Of a DNA stretch of 10,449 nucleotides, positions 1 to 7,738 are shown piece by piece. Source of the stretch: Octopus sinensis (lineage: Eukaryota); NCBI RefSeq assembly GCF_006345805.1, contig NW_021827410.1, forward strand, positions 1-10,449. Direction: 5' to 3'. The translations under genes were made by a program, and so were the position numbers. The notes beneath the pieces were generated by a model. The model searched no databases. It saw only the letters and a list, made by a program, of their open reading frames with translations, and had not been told where the DNA came from. Positions within the stretch are counted from its first letter, which is position 1. Each line of letters opens with the position of its first letter.

Positions 1-118
1 TATATGTAATAATAGGTTTTGTAAAAAATATCTCAGAATATCATACTATAGTCAAATTTACCTTCATTGATTACAGTAAGTATGCATTTGTAAAGGAGTT
101 AAAAATAAATCTGCATAA

Positions 119-147
119 GTATATTTATGTTTTATATTGGAATTTAG
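119..147 (+). other. Putative 29-nt spliceosomal intron (GTATAT...TTTAG)
   Basis: GT-AG bounded. Removal gives KSAINICEAFEEICSEIG, the same length as KNAIEISKLIKSIFCTIG in element B, but this needs two nearby 1-nt corrections. Confidence 0.55.
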
Positions 148-307
148 ATATTTGTGAGGCTTCGAAGAAATTTGTTCAGAAATCGGCTTTTGCGAGATTC
201 TACAAACAGATAATGGAACTGAGTTTAGGAATAAATATCTCGATTCTTTTTGCACGAAAAACAAAATCCAACATATTTACGGAAGACCAAATCATCCTCA
301 ATCACAA

Positions 308-335
308 GTAATGACACAATATTTATCTGTTTCAG
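308..335 (+). other. 28-nt spliceosomal intron (GTAATG...TTTCAG)
   Basis: Removal joins HPQSQ to GIVERFNQTL in frame and restores exact D35E spacing. The equivalent in copy A2 is 2668-2694 (27 nt). Confidence 0.85.
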
Positions 336-638
336 GGTATCGTGGAAAGATTTAATCAAACTTTAACACGAAATCTTTCAAAGCTGATGAGTGAAGAATC
401 AACTAAAAACTGGATCCAATTTATTAAACGAAGCACTTTTACATATAACACGACTATTCATTCTTCTATAATGAAACACCATTTAAAAAACAAAGAGGAG
501 TTTCTGGTATAAACATCGTCATTCATGATGATAAAAGTTTTTTTAATTTTTTTAATTTCAAAGAAAGTGAGTGTTCGGATGATTTTTATCATGTATCATC
601 AGAGGATATGGATGTAGAAAATATTCTAGATGTTTCAG

Positions 639-663
639 GTAAATTTTGAATAAAATATGCTAG
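639..663 (+). other. 25-nt spliceosomal intron (GTAAAT...TGCTAG)
   Basis: The unspliced frame stops at GKF*. The spliced frame continues open into the C-terminal domain. Conserved in A2 at 2349-2373. Confidence 0.7.
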
Positions 664-791
664 AAAACTTGTATGCTAGTGATTTTATATTGAATTTTAC
701 TCCACCTAATTTAAATTCACCATATTTTAAACGCATGAATAAAAAAATGAATGTTTCATCAATCGAAATACGATTTTTAATTGGGAGCGGG

Positions 792-815
792 GTATTTTTA
801 GTGAATAATTGTTAG
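792..815 (+). other. 24-nt spliceosomal intron (GTATTT...TGTTAG)
   Basis: Removal deletes an in-frame TAG and gives FLIGSG|VRVLKDF, matching INVGDSVIIRHD in element B. The donor is mutated to AT in copy A2 (2200-2223). Confidence 0.7.
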
Positions 816-1344
816 GTTAGAGTTCTAAAGGATTTTGGGACAAATCCTTCCCTAAGGCTAAACCGATTTGAATCCCCATATGGAGAACCTGCTGAAGTTG
901 TTCAATTTTGTCAAACAATCGACTAGGGTCTATTTTATTATTATTTTATTTAACAGATTAAAACAAGTTCAGGGAAGTCTAAAATAGTTAATATGAATCA
1001 AGTTAAAAAAACGTAGACGCTTATTTTAATAAATTTTTATTGTTGAAACGATTATTGATTAAAAATCAATGCAATTAAATTAATTATTAAATTTGACAGT
1101 CACCATGACAGGCATTATTATTTATTGACAGGTGACATGTAACCACCATGGGATGGGTAGCTCGTGTGGGACGCGACATATTAACTATTTACTTGAGTTT
1201 TTCGTAAAGATAGAATTTATTTTCGGTATGCCTCTTTTCCTAAACTTTTTATTATTCAAAAATAATTTTTTAAATAGATAACCGAAGGAGGAAAAACGAA
1301 GCTGAAGAAAAAACGGTCAGCTTAATAAGGTAATTAATTAAATC

Positions 1345-1444
1345 TTTTTTGTGTGTCGCTTTTTTTGTGTGTCGCTTTCTTGCCTGCCGCATCTCTGCCT
1401 GCCGCATTTCCGCCTGCCGCATCTCCCCCTGCCCCATTTCCGCA
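1345..1444 (+). repeat. Short tandem repeats inside the Helitron (TTTTTTGTGTGTCGCT x2; ~15-bp GCCTGCCGCATYTCY x4)
   Basis: Read directly from the sequence. Copy 2 has only one and two units respectively. Confidence 0.85.
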
Positions 1445-1523
1445 GTAAAAAATAAAAAAAGAAAAAAAGGAAATTACAAAGGAAAAATGAAAAAATTAAA
1501 TATAAAAAAATAAACCACAAAAA

Positions 1524-1725
1524 ATGAAAAAAAAAAAGTTTGCAATGACAATAAACAAGGCCCAGGGACAGTCATTAAAGGTAGTTGGGTTATTTTTAGA
1601 GTGAGTGCTTTTCACATGGACAGCTGTATGTGGGATGCTCGAGGGTAGGCAGAAGAGAAAATTTATTCATATATGCCAAGGAAGGACGGACGACAAACAT
1701 CGTTTATCAACAGGCGATAGAATAG
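1524..1725 (+). pseudogene. Helitron PIF1-like helicase C-terminal fragment (frameshifted)
   Basis: FAMTINKAQGQSLKVVGLFL / CFSHGQLYVGCSRVG motifs. A 2-nt deletion relative to copy 2 lies near 1600. Confidence 0.9.
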
Positions 1726-1846
1726 GGTTACATTAAACCAGGTAGTTTTATACATCTACATAAACTTATAGTTGTTTGATGAAACAGGCCCTCCGCAGGA
1801 GCTAGGTCGCGGTGAGCGAAGCGAGCTGCCGAGCTAGTATTTATTA

Positions 1847-3035
1847 TGTCGCGTCCCACACGAGCTACCCATCCCATGGTAGTTACATGTCACCTGTCAA
1901 TAAATAATAATGCCTGTCAAATTTAATAATTAATTTAATTCCATTGATTTCTAATCAATAATCGTTTCAACAATAAAAATTTATTAAAATAAAGCGTCTA
2001 CGTTTTTTTAACTTGATTCATATTAACTATTTTAGACTTCCCTGAACTTGTTTTAATCTGTTAAATAAAATAATAATAAAATAGACCTCTAGTCGATTGT
2101 TTGACAAAATTTGAACAAATTCAGCAGGTTCTCCATATGGGGATTCAAATCGGTTTAGCCTTAGGAAGGATTTATCCCAAAATCCTTTAGAACTCTAACC
2201 TAACAATTATTCACTAAAAATATTCCGCTCCCAATTGAAAATCGTATTTCGATTGATGAACATTCATTTTTTATTCATGCGTTTAAAATATGGTGAATTT
2301 AATTAGGTGGAGAAAAATTCAATATAAAATCACTAGCATCCAAGTTGTCTAGCATATGTTATTCAAAATTTACCTGAAACATCTAAAATATTTTCTACAT
2401 CCATATCCTCTGATGATACATGATAAAAATCATCCGAACACTCACTTTCTTTGAAATTAAAAAAATTTTTATCATCATGAATGACGGTGTTTATACCAGA
2501 AACTCCTCTTAGTTTTTTAAATGGTGTTTCATTTATAGAAGAATGAATAGTCGTGTTATATGTAAAAGTGCTTCGTTTAATAAATTGGATCCAGTTTTTA
2601 GTTGATTCTTCACTCATCAGCTTTGAAAGATTTCGTGTTAAAGTTTGATTAATCTTTCCACGATACCCTGAAACAGATAATATTGTGTCATTACTTGTGA
2701 TTGAGGATGATTTGTCTTCCGTAATATGTTGAATTTATATTTTATTTGTCTTGAAGATGTCTGTACAGGTTGGCCATTTAAAATATTGACTATAGTATGA
2801 TATTCTGAGATATTTTTTACAAAACCTATTATTACATATACAGGGGAATACATTTTAAAGAGGAAATGTTGAAAATTGAATAATAACGCTAAAAATATTA
2901 AATATGCCCACACGAGTAACGAATGATTAAACCACATTAATTATGACATCTGACAGCCAATGACCTCGTAAAAATGATTTATTGACAGGTGACATGTAGC
3001 CAGCATGGGATGCGTAACCACCACGGGACGCGACA
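1847..3035 (-). mobile_element. Ginger/TDD-like transposon family A, copy A2 (complete non-autonomous deletion derivative, 1189 bp)
   Basis: TGTCGCGTCCC...GGGACGCGACA termini, ~59-bp imperfect TIRs (1847-1905 / 2977-3035), and a 5-bp direct repeat TATTA at 1842-1846 and 3036-3040. Confidence 0.9.
2089..2853 (-). pseudogene. Integrase remnant of copy A2 (core up to the second catalytic Asp deleted)
   Basis: ORF-track pieces 2638-2937 (...HPQSQVMTQYYLFQGIVER) and 2363-2617 (SEESTKNWIQFIKRSTFTYNTTIHSSINETPF). Collinear with A1. Confidence 0.8.
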
Positions 3036-3429
3036 TATTAAAAGTAATCTTTAGGGAATGTTAAAGAGAAAATAAAATACAGAATAAAAAAATTTACAAA
3101 CTTAGAATGGAAAAATACTATACATTGTATGGTATACAATATATTGAAAAGATGTATAGATGGTATTGATTGCAAGAACTAAAGTCTAAATTCAGAGCCA
3201 TTTAGCAGCAAAAGAAGAGACCTATAAAAAATAGCGGAGCGAATGGTTTAAACTCAACCAATTAAATTCAAAATTCTGGAAAATTTACCACCGTTTAAAC
3301 GCAAGGGTTGGATATAATTTTGAAAGATAAAGTTGATCACTTTATTTAAAAAAGATGTTACACCTCTTTTCCGAAAACATCTGAAAAAGATCCAAGGAAT
3401 TAACCCTGAAAAATTAGTTTCATCACACA

Positions 3430-4320
3430 CTGTTGAAGATATAATAGGAAACTGGAAGAATCACTACAGTTTTTACTTATCAATAATGCGAAAATTATTA
3501 AAGATCAAATTGTTAGTACGATCAAAAAGTGCAAAAATAGTTCATCTCGCTATGACATGATTTTATTAGTTTTTCAATTCAAGTTGGTTTTTAGGCCACT
3601 TACCAAAATGTTTTGTGAATGATTTCAAAACCCGCGAGAAGTAAAAACAACTCTCTTTATTACAGACCAATTAATTTTTATTTGCACACTGGAAAGAATA
3701 AAGGGAATAATTGTGCTTAACAAATTTTCTAGCCACACAGAGAATAACCTCACTATTGGTCATAATTTCCTTGTGACCAAAAGATCATATGGAGATTGTC
3801 TTTATGAACTATGCCGTAAGATTGTTATTAACAGCTCGAATGATATTACACTAACTGCTATTTGTTTGGACATCAGGAATTTATTTGATAATGTAGGAAA
3901 TTTAGAACTTTTGGTCAGTTGCGAAGACAAAAAAACCTGAAATTTCTTAAAAGATAAAAACTTTAATTCCAAATTTACGTGGTGGATATTTCAAAACCAG
4001 CGCATTATAACTACCGTTTAATTATCTTCACTGAGGATATCTTAATAACAAATAGATAATGGAATTTTGATGATTCACAGCGAGTTGATCAAACTAATAT
4101 TTGAAATAAAATGCCGATACTCAAAAAAAGTCTATTTCTAGGACCATACACAGTTATGGATATATCTTGGAAGAAAAATAATAAAAAGCTAAAAGTCTAC
4201 TATCTGAATTTGCACAATTTTGAAATTAATTGCTTTGGAATGGTATTTCAAAATAATGGTAAGTTACTTAAAAGATATACAATTAGAAAAAAGAAAACAA
4301 ATTCATTTAAAAATGAATGC
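3430..4320 (+). pseudogene. Highly decayed non-LTR retrotransposon (LINE) reverse transcriptase remnant
   Basis: RT-like motifs occur in the expected order across shifting frames: IVSTIKKCKNSSSRYD (~3510), YYRPIN (~3660), RSYGDCLYELCRKI, AICLDIRNLFDNV (LDxxKAFDxV-like, ~3860), IDNGI (~4050). Many stops and frameshifts. Boundaries are approximate. Confidence 0.6.
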
Positions 4321-4323
4321 AAA

Positions 4324-4349
4324 TATAGTCAACCCTCTCTATAGTTAAC
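4324..4349 (+). repeat. Candidate terminal repeat of the Tigger/pogo element (TA|TAGTCAACCCTCTCTATAGTTAAC)
   Basis: Resembles TA|CAGTC... pogo/Tigger termini and lies ~130 bp past the transposase stop. No convincing partner was found at the other end. Confidence 0.45.
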
Positions 4350-5177
4350 AAAATGTTTAGTTCAAAACATTATCTTCACTATTGGCTATAGTGAACAAAA
4401 AAATAGAACAAGGAATCAAAATAACAATAAACAATATTAAAGTATAATTAAAAAGATTATTTAGAGATTTTAATCATGTAATCGGTGATTTTTTGAGAAT
4501 GATTAGTTTGATAATTTCTTAAAATTTTTTTGTAATTCTTATACCTTTTTTTGTACATCAAGAAACCATAATTCAAGCGCCTTCGAATATTCACTAGCTT
4601 CATATAGTGTTGGAACATAAATGTTTTCATTTTCCTCTTTAACTTAGTTTTGCTGTTTTAGTTTTTTCAAAAAGTTCTGTATAAAGTTTTCATCGTCAAT
4701 TTGATCAAAAGAATATCAAAATTTTCCTCATCTATTTCTTCTATTTCTGTCAGGTTCTGTACAGTCCCATTGCCATTATTGGTATAAAATTTAATCAAGT
4801 GTGCACATAGAAGTTGTCTGTGCCTGTCTTTGAATGATTTTATTAATCCTTGCACAAATGGTTGTAACTTCGATGTTGTATTTAAAGATAGTTTGCTGTT
4901 ACTAAACTCTAAATCATGTGAGTGTACAATAGCATTATTATGTAAAATTAGTAAAATTTTGTAAAATTATTTTTTTGTTCAATTCTATAAGCCATTTTGA
5001 GAAATAACCATAAGTAATCCATGCTTTTTTATTTGATTTACTCTACTAGTAAATTACTAATGAAATTTCTTCTTTCTTTGAAGCAGCGTGAATTTTTGGC
5101 TTTTCCAATACCAAATGGGTCAGGTTTTTTTCCAAAAAACATAAAAATTACTCTTTCTTTTATAGGTTTATTAAACA

Positions 5178-5906
5178 TCGAATCAACACCGTAGAACATG
5201 TTTGCTTGCCGGGAGGTCCACGGGGAGTGGAGAATGGTTGGAAGCCTTCCCGATCGGAAGCTTGGGGACTCTCTTGGATTCTGACACACTGCGAGTTGGT
5301 GTCTGTCTACGTATCGGTCTCAAAGTTTGTGAACCACACAAATGCCGCTGTGGTGCATCGATTGATCAATTTGGACTCCACCCTCTTTCCTGTCGAAAAA
5401 GCGCTGGTAGATTCCCGAGGCATTCAGCTCTCAACGACGTTATAAGAAGAGCTCTCGATTCAATCGGATTCCCATCAGTGCTGGAACCACCTGGATTGGA
5501 CCGAGGACATGGAAAACGGCCAGACGGGATGACTATCTTTCCGTTTTTGGAAGGAAAGCCTCTCGTATGGGATTCAACATGTTCCGACTCCTTGTCCAAG
5601 ACAAACATGTTGGAAAGTGCCTGCAATGCCGGCACAGCTGCGGATAAAGCAGAGGACATCAAGAAGAAGAAATATGATGGGCTCACCGATCGCTACGTTT
5701 TCCGGCCGGTTGCCGTCGAAACCCTGGGATCGATTGGGAAGGAGTCGTTGCGCTTCCTCATGTGTATTGGACGTCTCAAGACCCTGAGAACGCACAATCC
5801 TCTGGAGACGAGATGGCTCCTCCAGAACGTGTCCCAAGCAATAGTGAGGGGAAACTGGATCGCCATCAGTTCTTCTTCTTTTTCTGAATTAATTATATCT
5901 AATTAA
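5178..5906 (+). CDS. C-terminal zinc knuckle + restriction-like endonuclease domain of a CRE-like retrotransposon (5'-truncated, frame open)
   Basis: SGEWLEAFP..LG, CRCG..D..GLHPLSC (CCHC), RH, LEP.GL, KRPDG, VWDSTC, KKKKY, VAVETLG, AIVRGN. The frame is open from the junction at 5178. Confidence 0.85.
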   Translation, partial: SNQHRRTCLLAGRSTGSGEWLEAFPIGSLGTLLDSDTLRVGVCLRIGLKVCEPHKCRCGASIDQFGLHPLSCRKSAGRFPRHSALNDVIRRALDSIGFPSVLEPPGLDRGHGKRPDGMTIFPFLEGKPLVWDSTCSDSLSKTNMLESACNAGTAADKAEDIKKKKYDGLTDRYVFRPVAVETLGSIGKESLRFLMCIGRLKTLRTHNPLETRWLLQNVSQAIVRGNWIAISSSSFSELIISN

Positions 5907-5931
5907 CTTGAATTCCGAAAATCAAATCATT
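5178..5931 (+). mobile_element. 5'-truncated CRE-like (RLE-type) non-LTR retrotransposon, copy 1
   Basis: GC-rich insert flanked by the 13-bp direct repeat GGTTTATTAAACA (5165-5177, 5932-5944). Its removal restores the Tigger reading frame. No poly(A) tail. Confidence 0.88.
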
Positions 5932-6156
5932 GGTTTATTAAACAGATTTTTGTCCGAGTCAACAGCTAATGTTCGACAAAAGTATAAAAAAACATATCTA
6001 TTTTCGTCCAAATTAAAAAAAATTTTTGAACAATGTTGTTCTAATTTTCTATTGAGACTTTCTGTAAAATTTTGAATCAGAGAGGTTTCGAAAAATTAAT
6101 TTTTAGAGACATTGACTTCAAAAAGTATTCATTGATTGTAAATCCAAATAATCGTT

Positions 6157-6199
6157 TGTTCACCGGCCGTAGGATGGACGGCGCCGTTGAGTGGACACT
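6157..6199 (+). repeat. Left TIR of element B
   Basis: TGTTCACCGGCCGTAGGATGGACGGCGCCGTTGAGTGGACACT, a near-perfect inverse of 8382-8423. Contains the palindrome ACGGCGCCGT. Confidence 0.92.
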
Positions 6200-6318
6200 A
6201 AGCAATATTTTTAATTAAAAATATTTTTACAATAATAATCTCCATTAAAAAATCAAAAATTATTTAAATAATTTATTAAATATTCCTAATTTTTGTTTAA
6301 ATTAAGAATCGCGTGAGA

Positions 6319-7675
6319 ATGGTTTTGTTGTATCCTTTGTTGAAAAATTAATTAATATATTGAAACTGGCTTGATAGAAGATGAAACACAGAGGAAAGAA
6401 CGTTTTAAAATACGTTCTCTCTCAAAAAATTTTATTTATGAGCAATCTGTGCTTTTCATTGTGAAAAATGGTAAAAACTAAGATTCTTCACTATCGAACA
6501 AAATGAATTTAAGATGAAAACAATTGAGGTAAACATAAAATCAAATTTTGTAGGCTGAACACATTTAAACCATTTTGGTCGTGATAGGCTTTATTCCAAA
6601 CTCTGTGAAGAAATTTATCCGATTACGAGAAAAGAGGTCCTTACTGTGTGTAAGCCGGTGTGAAGTTTGCCAGGTTAATATTTATGAGCAATATAGGCGA
6701 TGCGTTGATGGCCACTAAACCAACTATTACTCCTATTATTGCTTATGAACCACGAGATCGTTATCTCATAGATCTAATTGACTTAAGAAGATATGCTGAT
6801 ATTAATGATGGGTATTCATGGGTATTCGTGATTTAATATTGTAGTTGTTAGTATTAATAGACTCATTTTCAAAATTTGGAGTCGTTGAACCTGCAAAGAC
6901 AAAAAATGCTATTGAAATTTCAAAATTAATAAAATCAATTTTTTGCACCATTGGACATCCAATTCTTTTGCATAGTGACAATGGAAAGGAATTTAGAAAC
7001 TCCTTGTTAGAGAATGTATGCAAGGAGTTTGGAACTAAACAAGTTTTCGGCAGGCCAAGAGCACCTTGGATTCAGGGCCAAGTAGAAAGGTCGCTTAAGA
7101 AAAATTAATTATATAGATTCAATCAATCTATAAAAAGATGGATATCGGCTACTAGTGCTACGAATGGAACATTTGGGAGATATTTGGATATTATTAAGAA
7201 AATTGTGTATGACTATAACACAACAAAACATGATACTACGAAACACAAACCATTTGACGTGTTTATGAGAATTACTAAAAACCAAACAATTCATAATAAA
7301 ATTAAATCACTTGAAATGTTTACTGCAGACGATATAAATGAAGAAATACTATACGAAGACATTACAGAAGAAAATACAGTCGCAATATTAGAACAGAGAA
7401 ATAATGTAGTAGAAAATTTAGAAAAAGCAGGAGCGAAAATGTCTAACAAAAGGAAATGGAAATTCGACGAAGAGGATATAAATGTCGGAGATTCTGTTAT
7501 TATCCGACATGATAGAGACGCAAATGTGAATAATAGGAAATATCCTCTTCACGATGAAATATCTTCAGAGAAATTTTATATCGTCGACAAAAAAAATAAT
7601 TTATGTGTGTTAAAAGATGAAAATGGAACAGAAATTGAATCCATTCACATTAGTAGACTCAAACGATTAGTTTAA
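6319..7675 (+). CDS. Integrase-type transposase (H2C2 zinc-binding, rve DD35E core, SH3-like C-terminus), five exons; 1-nt frameshifts in the 5' third
   Basis: Spliced reading ...KMKTIE|AEH(IL)NHFGRDRLYSKLCEEIYPITRKEVLTV.SRCEVCQ|AMR.MATKPTITPIIAYEPRDRYLIDLIDLRRYADINDGYSW|LLVLIDSFSKF...LHSDNGKEF...WIQGQVER|FNQSIKRWI...IVYDYNTTKHDTTKHKPF...NVGDSVIIR...IHISRLKRLV*. Open without any correction from 6708 to 7675 after splicing. The start codon at 6319 is tentative. Confidence 0.85.
6529..6553 (+). other. 25-nt intron (GTAAAC...TTGTAG)
   Basis: GT-AG bounded. Joins KTIE to AEH, just before the HxxxxH motif. A nearby 1-nt frameshift weakens the frame test. Confidence 0.7.
6674..6696 (+). other. 23-nt intron (GTTAAT...ATATAG)
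   Basis: CAG|GT donor directly after CEVCQ and a TAG|G acceptor. A further 1-nt correction near 6705 is needed. Confidence 0.65.
6822..6844 (+). other. 23-nt intron (GTATTC...TTGTAG)
   Basis: Removal joins DGYSW to LLVLIDSFSKF exactly in frame. The unspliced frame hits TAA. Confidence 0.88.
7090..7116 (+). other. 27-nt intron (GTCGCT...ATATAG)
   Basis: Removal deletes an in-frame TAA, gives the canonical GQVERFNQSIK, and fuses ORFs 6845-7108 and 7184-7675. Confidence 0.88.
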
Positions 7676-7738
7676 ATTTTTGGTTAATAAAATTTTAAAA
7701 ATTGTATAAAAAGTTTTTCAACTTAAAATAAGAAGCAA

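Larger units (their letters stand above)
63..926 (+). pseudogene. Retroviral-type (rve, DD35E) integrase/transposase remnant with four tiny introns
   Basis: Manual splice gives FIDYSKYAFVKELK(N)KSA(I)|NICEA(F)EEICSEIGFCEILQTDNGTEFRNKYLDSFCTKNKIQHIYGRPNHPQSQ|GIVERFNQTLTRNLSKLMSEESTKNWIQFIKRSTFTYNTTIHSS...DVS|ENLYASDF...RFLIGSG|VRVLKDFGTNPSLRLNRFESPYGEPAEVVQF*. D-to-E spacing is 35 after splicing. Several 1-nt frameshifts remain and the N-terminus is deleted. Confidence 0.8.
1..1178 (+). mobile_element. Ginger/TDD-like integrase DNA transposon, family A, copy A1 (internally deleted; left end outside window)
   Basis: Ends in ...GTGGGACGCGACA (1178), the reverse complement of the TGTCGCGTCCCAC terminus at 1847. 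Positions 1-55 and ~270-1178 are an inverted near-copy of 1847-2840. Contains integrase motifs TDNGTEF and HPQSQ/GIVERFNQTL. Confidence 0.85.
1179..1837 (+). mobile_element. Non-autonomous Helitron, copy 1
   Basis: Carries a PIF1 helicase C-terminal fragment. GC-rich 3' end terminates in CTAG (1834-1837) followed by T. A near-identical inverted copy at 8837-9453 shares the same CTAG boundary. The 5' boundary is uncertain. Confidence 0.85.

Noticed and set aside
1338-1520. Hydrophobic, membrane-like ORFs (also 9059-9298 and 9153-9362)
   Set aside because: These are antisense readings of the low-complexity A-rich linker and tandem repeats in the Helitron.
2638-2937. 99-aa ORF as an intact membrane protein
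   Set aside because: The hydrophobic N-terminus is AT-rich subterminal DNA. The rest is integrase remnant read through a retained intron.
5038-5289. 83-aa minus-strand ORF as a real gene
   Set aside because: It is a chimera: antisense CRE sequence read through the TSD into the Tigger transposase fragment.
5206-5837. Overlapping ORFs 5206-5445, 5366-5686 and 5574-5837, plus 9748-10131
   Set aside because: They are alternative-frame or antisense shadows of GC-rich CRE coding sequence, with no motifs of their own.
7090-7116. Stop-codon readthrough or a ciliate genetic code explaining the TAA at 7106-7108
   Set aside because: Readthrough would insert 9 residues into the conserved VERFNQ helix. 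A GT-AG intron explains it exactly, and no other in-frame TAA/TAG occurs in ~300 codons.
6802-7294. Minus-strand ORFs 6802-7023 and 7109-7294, plus 64-264
   Set aside because: They are antisense to integrase exons.
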